DNA of 15,862 nucleotides. Origin: Candidatus Altarchaeum sp. Lineage in GTDB: Archaea; Altiarchaeota; Altiarchaeia; Altiarchaeales; Altiarchaeaceae. The DNA lies in NCBI GenBank assembly GCA_018260615.1, contig JAGWDQ010000004.1, forward strand, positions 1 through 15,862, in the 5' to 3' direction. Within the stretch, counting starts at the first letter, position 1; each line of letters starts with the position of its first letter. The notes below the pieces were generated by a model. The model ran no database searches, was not told where the DNA came from, and saw nothing but the letters and a program-made list of their open reading frames with translations. This document shows, in pieces, positions 7,641 to 14,333 of this stretch. Made by a program: the position numbers and the translations under genes.

Positions 7641-8636
7641 ATGGAACAGGTAATTTTATACAATTCTAAAGACGGAAAAACAAAACTTCAGGTAAATCTT
7701 GAAGATGAAACGGTATGGTTGACACAAGATCAGATGGCTGAGCTTTTTGGAAAAGGCAGAACCACTATAACAGAACACATTGGAAATATATTTAAAGAAG
7801 GAGAACTGGAAGAAAATTTAGTATGTCGGAAATTCCGACATACCACTCAACATGGTGCCATAGAAGGCAAAATGCAAAATAAGGAAGTAAAGTATTATAA
7901 TCTTGATGTGATAATTTCTGTTGGTTACCGTGTAAAATCTTTGAAGGGAACTCAATTTCGTAAATGGGCAACGGAAAGAATTCGCGAGTATATTATCAAA
8001 GGTTTTACATTGGATGATAACCGTCTGAAACAAGAAGGAGCAAGGTCTCGTTATTTTGAAGAACTTTTACAAAGAATTCGCGATATTCGCAGTAGCGAAA
8101 GAAATTTTTATCAAAAGATAACTGATATTTACGCCACAAGTATTGATTACCAAAAAGATGAGAAACTGACCCGTACTTTTTTTGCAACCGTACAAAATAA
8201 AATACATTTTGCAATTCACGGAAGAACTGCCGCCGAATTGATAAATGAAAAGGCAAATGCTGATAAACCATTTATGGGACTTACAAATTTTAACGGAAAA
8301 TATATTACAACTCGTGATATTGCTATTGCCAAAAACTATCTTTCGGAAGATGAATTGAAACAACTTAATTTAATCGTTTCTATGTATCTGGATTTTGCGG
8401 AATTACAGGCAACAAACGGGCGACTTATGAAAATGGCAGATTGGATTGAAAAACTTGATAGCTTCCTGACAATTAGTGAAAAAGAACTTCTTGATAATGC
8501 AGGAAAAGTGAGCCATGAGGAATCACTGGAAAAAGCTACAAAAGAATATGAAAAATACAGAAAAAACGAAGATGAAAAATACATTTCTGATTTTGATAAA
8601 GAAATGAAGAAACTTGTTGAAAAGAGTAAAAAATAA
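7641..8636 (+). CDS. rhuM: RhuM-family DNA-binding protein (Virulence_RhuM)
   Basis: ETVWLTQ.QMAELF, H..NIFKEGEL, YNLDVIISVGYRVKS..GTQFR.WAT..I.EYIIKGF.LDD.RLK, YFEELL.RIRDIRSSER.FYQKITDIYATS.DY, FFATVQNK.H.A..G.TAAELI, IAKNYL..DEL..LN.IVS.YLDFAELQA. Confidence 0.9.
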   Translation: MEQVILYNSKDGKTKLQVNLEDETVWLTQDQMAELFGKGRTTITEHIGNIFKEGELEENLVCRKFRHTTQHGAIEGKMQNKEVKYYNLDVIISVGYRVKSLKGTQFRKWATERIREYIIKGFTLDDNRLKQEGARSRYFEELLQRIRDIRSSERNFYQKITDIYATSIDYQKDEKLTRTFFATVQNKIHFAIHGRTAAELINEKANADKPFMGLTNFNGKYITTRDIAIAKNYLSEDELKQLNLIVSMYLDFAELQATNGRLMKMADWIEKLDSFLTISEKELLDNAGKVSHEESLEKATKEYEKYRKNEDEKYISDFDKEMKKLVEKSKK

Positions 8637-8673
8637 TATTGCACAAATAAGTATAATTAAAGGAGGCAGAAGG

Positions 8674-8739
8674 GTGCTGAAAAAATTTAAAGGAAAGTAT
8701 CTTTATCACTTCTACACGGGCGAAATTCCCGAAGAATGA
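8674..8739 (+). pseudogene. Possible SD-led mini-ORF or gene stub (MLKKFKGKYLYHFYTGEIPEE, 21 aa)
   Basis: AAAGGAGG (8659-8666) lies 7 nt upstream of GTG 8674; TGA at 8737-8739. No recognisable homology. Confidence 0.3.
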
Positions 8740-8857
8740 TATGCAGTGGCTTTTTAAAAATGGCAAAATATGAAATAAAAAAGTTATTTATAATCATTCT
8801 AATTTATAATAAATCAATTATTCTTTTAAATTTTAAACAAAATAAACAAATTTTAAA

Positions 8858-9517
8858 ATGTCAAAAATGCACGGGAAAAATTTATCTTTGGTATTTGCAG
8901 CAGGTGTAGTGGGAATTGTTTTAGTGCTTGTCCTGATTTCAGGATGTATGGAAAATGCTCAAAATAAAGAGGTAAATGATACAACCGACTATAAAAGTAT
9001 AGTAAAAGATAACATTAAGACAGAGTATGGCTGGAAAATCATTGAATTAAAGACAACTACACTCAAAGCGGCAAGCGAAAATGATGAATTAATTGAAAAC
9101 GAAACAGAAGAAATTTTGAAGAATATTACAAAAGATGGTTTATTAAAGGAGGCGGATGAATATGGATTAGATGAGGAAGAAATTTCGTATATAAAAGGCA
9201 TGACTGCAGATGACTTTGAAAATTTTAAAAACGAAACATTAAGACCTTATGCTGCTGATGAGGCAAAGAAAAATATAAAAGAAGCAATTAAAGAAGTCGC
9301 TGATGAATATAAATTTACAATATTAGATATTAAATCGAAGGACGAAATAAAGGACATTGATATATACCTTGATGCCTACTCAATTGGTGATGATATGAAG
9401 GAAGATGTAAAGAAAAAGATGAATAATGGAACTTATGTTGCTGTTGTTGAGATGGATGTTGCTACAAAATTTAATGTCGTTGAAGTTTGCGATGGGAAAG
9501 GAAAGATAATTAAGTAA
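8858..9517 (+). CDS. Putative lipoprotein of unknown function (acidic, helical)
   Basis: Basic N-terminus, hydrophobic stretch LSLVFAAGVVGIVLVLVL and lipobox-like ISGC; the mature part is E/D/K-rich with no further TM segment. Confidence 0.7.
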   Translation: MSKMHGKNLSLVFAAGVVGIVLVLVLISGCMENAQNKEVNDTTDYKSIVKDNIKTEYGWKIIELKTTTLKAASENDELIENETEEILKNITKDGLLKEADEYGLDEEEISYIKGMTADDFENFKNETLRPYAADEAKKNIKEAIKEVADEYKFTILDIKSKDEIKDIDIYLDAYSIGDDMKEDVKKKMNNGTYVAVVEMDVATKFNVVEVCDGKGKIIK

Positions 9518-9544
9518 AATTAGGGGAAAACTAAAATTTAACAT

Positions 9545-9564
9545 AAAACGCAAAACTTGAGTTA
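9545..9564 (+). repeat. 20-bp dispersed repeat, copy B (AAAACGCAAAACTTGAGTTA)
   Basis: 19/20 identical to 3411-3430; ends 32 nt upstream of the ATG at 9597. Confidence 0.6.
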
Positions 9565-9596
9565 TTGCATAAAATTTTATTAAAATTCAAAACAAT

Positions 9597-10595
9597 ATGA
9601 CAATTAGAAAAAATCAAAAAACAATAGATGAAATCAAGGAAAAAGTTCTAAATAATATCAGAAGTTTTGGGTTTATCGTAAAAAGAAACGAGAATCTTGG
9701 CAAAACAATTTATTCAATAGATAACGACAGGATATTCGTTGATATTATTTATGCGAGCTTGAACAACAGAGAAGAATATTTTTTTGGAATAGAGCAAGAG
9801 CAATTTGAAAAAATGTATGAAAAAACAAGAAATTTCTTTCAAATTTTTGTATGTGAAAATGAAAAACAAGCATTTATAATTCCCCTATCTTTTATGATAG
9901 AAATTTTGAAAGACGTAAAAGCAACAGATCACACAAGTTTTAGGCAGTGGAAACCCATCATCAAAGTGAAAAATGGTTTGTATGTTTTAAGATTATTCGG
10001 ACATTATAATATAACAGATTATCTTAACCGCTATGATTATTTAGCTACGGACGAAAAAGAATTGGGTCTGTTAAAAACGCTGGATATTAGATATACGCCA
10101 GAGATTAGAATTCAAAGAGCAGAAGAAGAATATAAAAATATAGCGGAAGAAAACGATCTTAACAAAGAAAGCATTCACAGTACAACGATTGATATGTTAA
10201 AAAATATTGGCAAATGGAACGGATTCAACGTTTTAACTGAAAGCAAACCACTCAGAATGGATAATTCTCCGTATAATATTGATTGTTTGTGGTATAAAGG
10301 TGATGACTTATATTTGGCTATTGAAGTATGCGATAAAGGAAATGTTGAAAAAGATAAAGATGCATTAAAACTTGCCAAATCATTTGGCGCGAGAAAAGTT
10401 ATTATAGTTTCAAATATTAATAAATTAGAAAGAATAAGAAAAATTTTTATGTTTAATGGTGAAATAAAATTTTGGACGGAGGTTTGGAGTTTTGAAAGAG
10501 TTTTTAAAATGTATAAACTTGGAAAAGAGTTTTTTGAAAATTTTGAAAAATTTAAAACTTATAATTGGAACGAAAATTTAATGGAATATCTATAA
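9597..10595 (+). CDS. Hypothetical protein with C-terminal PD-(D/E)XK restriction-endonuclease-like domain and an N-terminal alpha/beta domain
   Basis: C-terminal H.....L..IG...GF.V.TE ... IDCLW ... LAIEV pattern is typical of restriction-fold nucleases. The N-terminal half (YFFGI...F.IFVC....AFIIP......W.PII) resembles degenerate REase-fold modules. ORF intact at 332 aa. Confidence 0.6.
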   Translation: MTIRKNQKTIDEIKEKVLNNIRSFGFIVKRNENLGKTIYSIDNDRIFVDIIYASLNNREEYFFGIEQEQFEKMYEKTRNFFQIFVCENEKQAFIIPLSFMIEILKDVKATDHTSFRQWKPIIKVKNGLYVLRLFGHYNITDYLNRYDYLATDEKELGLLKTLDIRYTPEIRIQRAEEEYKNIAEENDLNKESIHSTTIDMLKNIGKWNGFNVLTESKPLRMDNSPYNIDCLWYKGDDLYLAIEVCDKGNVEKDKDALKLAKSFGARKVIIVSNINKLERIRKIFMFNGEIKFWTEVWSFERVFKMYKLGKEFFENFEKFKTYNWNENLMEYL

Positions 10596-10614
10596 AAATT
10601 AATTTTTAAAAAAC

Positions 10615-10929
10615 ATGGAAAAATATAAATATATCAAAATTGGAGATATTGTTGTTGACGGTGCCAGAATTATAGTTTTAGATCCAATTTATTTTGAAGA
10701 AAATAAAAAATTGATAGAGAATAGCAATAATGAAATTGCGACGAATAATAGTTTGTTTCAAAAAATTCCACTTTTTGTTGATAAATTATCTGTCAATAAA
10801 AATGATATACCCTGCAAGGCAATCATATTTAACACGAGAGGAGATGGAGTGTATGAAGTATTTGGAAAAATAGAGAAGGACAAAAATCTTGGTGAAATAC
10901 TTACAGAAATAAAAATTAAAATTAATTAG
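10615..10929 (+). CDS. Small hypothetical protein, DUF4241-like
   Basis: IGDIVVDGARIIVLDPIY ... FNTRGDGVYEVFG resembles the G...VD.G.....DP.Y / GDG.Y.V signature of DUF4241-type proteins (recalled pattern, not searched). Confidence 0.5.
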   Translation: MEKYKYIKIGDIVVDGARIIVLDPIYFEENKKLIENSNNEIATNNSLFQKIPLFVDKLSVNKNDIPCKAIIFNTRGDGVYEVFGKIEKDKNLGEILTEIKIKIN

Positions 10930-11027
10930 CGTCTGTCCATAAACCCATCTTTTTTTGTTGAAATTGCTAAAACCTACATGAAAAATTGAAAAAATTTTTT
11001 AAATTTTCTTACTTAAAAGACAGACAT
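10929..11027. mobile_element. Possible 99-bp IS-end remnant or MITE
   Basis: GCGTCTGTCCATAAA at the left end and TTAAAAGACAGACAT at the right end share the inverted core GTCTGTC/GACAGAC (13/18 over the flanked ends). TA lies on both sides (10927-10928; 11028-11029). Confidence 0.35.
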
Positions 11028-11044
11028 TAAGTTAATACATTAAA

Positions 11045-12184
11045 ATGACTCCAAAACAAAACATTGACGAATTGCGGAAATTTTATCCCTTTGTTGAAAA
11101 AAATGTAGTTATGGGAATGGGAAAAAGCGGAAAATTTTATTCTGCAGATTTAGACGGGCTTGAAAGTTATATTTTGACAAAATCGGGAAGTGTATTGATT
11201 GTAGACGGAGACAGAGAAATAATTGTTCAGTCATATCCCAAACTTGAAGCACCCGAAATTGTAAATGATATTCCGCTCCTTAATGAGAAATTTATTGCGG
11301 AATATAAGATTGACGGTTATAATGTGCGATTATTGTATTTAAAATCTCTTGCTCATTTTGTTGCATTGCAGAGAGGCGGATTTATATGCGCCCAGACAAC
11401 TACTATTTTGAGAGAAGCATACGGCAAACAATTTATAAATTTCTTTTCAAAATATCCAAACATTGTTTTAGATATGGAAGTGATTGGAAAGAAAAGTTTG
11501 AATGCAACGAACTATGAATTTAATGAAAAGAACTGGGGTTTTGGAAATATAGGATACTTTATTTTTGATGCATTTAATATGAATGAAACAGACGAACTCG
11601 GAAAGTGGTATGACAATGATTTTTTAAACGGACTGAAAGAAATGGATTTGTCTGTAATTCCGCAGATAGGAATATACAACGAGGGAAATTTACTCGCTGA
11701 AAAGATGGCTGAAATTGACCCGCACTTTGACGGAGTCGTTTTAAAATCGTTAAATCAAAGAGGCCGGGAACATATTTATAAACTTCGCTGGGAATACTTT
11801 GTCAATAAATTTCAGGACAAAATAAAAGTAAAAGATAAAAGCGGAGAAAAAAGCGAAAAAGACGAACAGGTAATATTGAGTCATTTCTTTCAGGGATATT
11901 CTCAGCCGGAACTTGGGCTTAACGAAGGCATATCGGCGGCAGAATTGAAAAAATTTGAGGAATATACTGATGAACTGGATGTCGTTGTGAAAACAGATAA
12001 GGCAAACATCAAAAATAAGGTTGGTGAAATTACTGATGAGCTCATGAAAATTTTGGTCTCAAAGGGAAATTTTGACGAAGACATGCAAAACAAACTGCTC
12101 AAGGGGATAAAGAATCGTCTCGGGGGGTTTGTCGGCAGGGGAATGAGTAAAGAGGACAGAGAAAATAAAAAAGGTGAAATTTAA
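11045..12184 (+). CDS. rnl: ATP-dependent RNA ligase, archaeal Rnl3 (Pab1020/MJ0414) family, divergent
   Basis: Nucleotidyltransferase motifs in order: I EYKIDGYNVR, Ia QRGGFIC, III DMEVIG, IIIa YFIFD, IV FDGVVLK, V HIYKL. The KxDGYNVR and RGGFIC strings are characteristic of Rnl3. Confidence 0.78.
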   Translation: MTPKQNIDELRKFYPFVEKNVVMGMGKSGKFYSADLDGLESYILTKSGSVLIVDGDREIIVQSYPKLEAPEIVNDIPLLNEKFIAEYKIDGYNVRLLYLKSLAHFVALQRGGFICAQTTTILREAYGKQFINFFSKYPNIVLDMEVIGKKSLNATNYEFNEKNWGFGNIGYFIFDAFNMNETDELGKWYDNDFLNGLKEMDLSVIPQIGIYNEGNLLAEKMAEIDPHFDGVVLKSLNQRGREHIYKLRWEYFVNKFQDKIKVKDKSGEKSEKDEQVILSHFFQGYSQPELGLNEGISAAELKKFEEYTDELDVVVKTDKANIKNKVGEITDELMKILVSKGNFDEDMQNKLLKGIKNRLGGFVGRGMSKEDRENKKGEI

Positions 12185-12233
12185 TTTATTTAATATCAAA
12201 AATTTAATTGTTTACAGTTTAAATTTAATAAAA

Positions 12234-12605
12234 ATGAAATGTTTTAATCATCCGGAACAGGATGCAGTTATGACCTGCTCATCTTGTGGTAAAGGATTAT
12301 GCAGAGAGTGTACCGTGCAAAAAGGTACAAAAATATACTGTAGTCAGTGTGCGGATGAATCGCAAAAAGGGCTTGATACAATAGAAGCAATTGCAATTGG
12401 CGGCACTACTTGTGTTTGTAGCTTATGTTATGGTGTGGGTTTTATTTTACCACTCATACTCTGGCTTATTTGGAGAGACACCAAACCCGAAAAGGCAAAA
12501 CAAGCAGGACAAATATGTATCGGTGTTGGTTTGATATATCTGATTATCGTTATTATATATATTATCCTTATTGCGTCCTATAGTCCTCATTCATATTACT
12601 ATTAA
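12234..12605 (+). CDS. B-box-type zinc finger membrane protein, paralogue 1 (123 aa)
   Basis: C-x2-H-x8-C-x2-C-x4-C-x2-C-x9-C-x2-C followed by two hydrophobic segments joined by WLIWRDTKPEKAKQ. Start set at ATG 12234 by alignment with paralogues 2 and 3 (track start 12174 adds an AT-rich non-homologous leader). Confidence 0.85.
   Translation: MKCFNHPEQDAVMTCSSCGKGLCRECTVQKGTKIYCSQCADESQKGLDTIEAIAIGGTTCVCSLCYGVGFILPLILWLIWRDTKPEKAKQAGQICIGVGLIYLIIVIIYIILIASYSPHSYYY
12291..12554 (+). repeat. 264-bp tract identical to 13114-13377
   Basis: Read base by base against 13114-13377 with no mismatch found; the flanks diverge abruptly. Confidence 0.9.
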
Positions 12606-12630
12606 TTATTAAATCATAAATTTAATAAAA

Positions 12631-12993
12631 ATGAAATGTTTTGATCATCCGGAAGTTGACGCAGTTATGACTTGTTCATCCTGCGGTAAAGGATTATGTA
12701 AAGATTGCGTTGTGCAAAAAGGTACAAAAATATACTGCAGTCAGTGTGCGGCTGAATCGCAAAAAGGGCTTGACACAACAGAAACAATTGTTATTGGTGG
12801 AGGATCACTCTGCTTATCTCCAATCATAGCAATCGTTGCATGGTTTATATGGAGGGAAAGCAAACCTGAAAAGGCAAAACAAGTAGGGTATATCTGCATT
12901 GCTGTTATTATAATTTGGATTATACTATTTACATTGTATTTTTTATTTATACTTGCAATAATTGGCCCCACCCATCCATATTCTTATTATTAG
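12631..12993 (+). CDS. B-box-type zinc finger membrane protein, paralogue 2 (120 aa, more diverged)
   Basis: Same 8-ligand Cys/His pattern; WFIWRESKPEKAKQ loop; shorter first TM region and longer second one. Confidence 0.85.
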   Translation: MKCFDHPEVDAVMTCSSCGKGLCKDCVVQKGTKIYCSQCAAESQKGLDTTETIVIGGGSLCLSPIIAIVAWFIWRESKPEKAKQVGYICIAVIIIWIILFTLYFLFILAIIGPTHPYSYY

Positions 12994-13056
12994 ACATGTT
13001 GCTCGATATCAAATCTCGAATTAAGCAACAACTCAACAACATAAAATAAAAGTAAA

Positions 13057-13425
13057 ATGAAGTGTTTTTATCATCCGGAACAAGATGCGGTTATGACTTG
13101 TTCATCTTGTGGAAAAGGATTATGCAGAGAGTGTACCGTGCAAAAAGGTACAAAAATATACTGTAGTCAGTGTGCGGATGAATCGCAAAAAGGGCTTGAT
13201 ACAATAGAAGCAATTGCAATTGGCGGCACTACTTGTGTTTGTAGCTTATGTTATGGTGTGGGTTTTATTTTACCACTCATACTCTGGCTTATTTGGAGAG
13301 ACACCAAACCCGAAAAGGCAAAACAAGCAGGACAAATATGTATCGGTGTTGGTTTGATATATCTGATTATCGTTATTGTATATATTTTATACCTATTTCT
13401 CTTCTTACAGCAGCATCTTTATTAA
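13057..13425 (+). CDS. B-box-type zinc finger membrane protein, paralogue 3 (122 aa)
   Basis: Residues 20-107 identical to paralogue 1; distinct C-terminal tail VYILYLFLFLQQHLY. Confidence 0.85.
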   Translation: MKCFYHPEQDAVMTCSSCGKGLCRECTVQKGTKIYCSQCADESQKGLDTIEAIAIGGTTCVCSLCYGVGFILPLILWLIWRDTKPEKAKQAGQICIGVGLIYLIIVIVYILYLFLFLQQHLY

Positions 13426-13426
13426 A

Positions 13427-13834
13427 ATGAGAATTATAGACAAATATCATGAGATTAAAAATGAAATTAAAGAAAGAAACATAAAATTAACATTCTGCCA
13501 CCGACTTCCTGAGCGTTCATTCTTTTTTCAGGGAAAACAATTTCCTGTTTGTGCAAGATGCACGGGAATTATTGCCGGAATGTTGTTTATGCCAATATTT
13601 CATTTTGAAATAATTCACCCGACTGTTTTACTTGTCATACTTTTTATGATTCCAACTGCAATTGATGGCACAACACAGGCACTCGGAAAGCGAGTAAGCA
13701 ACAACAATTTACGGTTTGTTACAGGAACACTTTTCGGGATGTCACAAGTTGCAAGTATTGTCATTATTGGAAAAACATTAGCATATTCCTTTATAGCGGG
13801 GTATTTAGTTTATTTACCTACACATTTGATATAA
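13427..13834 (+). CDS. DUF2085-family membrane protein (135 aa)
   Basis: CHRLPERSFFFQGKQFPVCARCTGI plus P.AIDG.TQ.LG.R.SNN.LRFVTG.LFG match DUF2085. ATG 13427 lies 1 nt after the paralogue 3 stop. Confidence 0.85.
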   Translation: MRIIDKYHEIKNEIKERNIKLTFCHRLPERSFFFQGKQFPVCARCTGIIAGMLFMPIFHFEIIHPTVLLVILFMIPTAIDGTTQALGKRVSNNNLRFVTGTLFGMSQVASIVIIGKTLAYSFIAGYLVYLPTHLI

Positions 13835-13997
13835 AACAAAGTATGCAGTAATAAAAAATTTTCTCTCATATATCTAAATATTTCCAAAAAATCAAAATTC
13901 TTATGTCAAAAAGAAATTTTGATAAGAATATATAAAATAAAAAAGGGGAAATTTAAAAATAAGTTCGTTTCACCCTCATATTTTAAATAAATTTAAA

Positions 13998-14333
13998 ATG
14001 GCAACCACATTGACAGATATAATTAAGAAAGGCGGATTTAAAAACCGGGAAGAGTTAGCACAATATGTAAAAGATAATCTGGACTTCTATCCTTCCCATT
14101 ATAATTTTGGCCCGAGTGTTATTGATTACCCTGTTGGTATTGCTGGGAATTATGCAGGAGAAAAGTATTATAAATTTTCCGAAGTGACTACATTAATGCA
14201 GGCAACTTTTACCGTTGATGTGAAAACCGGAAAGAAATTAGCGGATCATTTATTTAGAACAGGCATATTAAAAGAATATCAGGAATTGAATCTTTTAAAT
14301 ATATTTACTTTGGGTCTTAAAAATGGACGATAA
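13998..14333 (+). CDS. Hypothetical protein (111 aa), possible C-terminal winged-helix-like segment
   Basis: Intact ORF with TAAAATG start context like neighbouring genes; overlaps the cca start by 11 nt; no family recognised. Confidence 0.65.
   Translation: MATTLTDIIKKGGFKNREELAQYVKDNLDFYPSHYNFGPSVIDYPVGIAGNYAGEKYYKFSEVTTLMQATFTVDVKTGKKLADHLFRTGILKEYQELNLLNIFTLGLKNGR

Noticed and set aside
8639-8657. Bacterial sigma70 promoter (TTGCAC...TATAAT) ahead of the SD-led stub
   Set aside because: The spacer is 7 nt, far from the required 16-18.
12174-12233. Longer N-terminus for paralogue 1 (track start 12174); likewise TTG 2676 for the nuclease fragment
   Set aside because: The extra residues are AT-rich intergenic translation with no counterpart in paralogues 2 and 3; the downstream ATGs have the usual AAAATG context.
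12997-13030. Integron attC-like site between paralogues 2 and 3 (TGTTGCT...AGCAACA with inner TCGA/TCGA)
   Set aside because: Core orientation is GTT...AAC rather than RYYYAAC...GTTRRRY, no equivalent site lies between the other genes, and no integrase is seen. It remains only a weak bulged hairpin.
12234-13425. Diversity-generating retroelement (TR/VR pair) among the B-box paralogues
   Set aside because: Differences are not adenine-specific (they include C/T and G/A changes), most 5' differences are synonymous, all copies are intact ORFs, and no reverse transcriptase is present.
13376-13430. Frameshift fusion of paralogue 3 to DUF2085 (alternate frame reads SSYSS, like ASYSP in paralogue 1, and is open into DUF2085)
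   Set aside because: The native frame also aligns with the paralogue tails (QHLY vs PHSY) and ends in a normal TAA-A-ATG coupling; similarity is too short to distinguish from chance.
13897-13929. Bulged inverted repeat between DUF2085 and the 111-aa ORF as terminator or operator
   Set aside because: Almost entirely A/T, needs a 2-nt bulge and has alternative pairings; expected by chance at this AT content.
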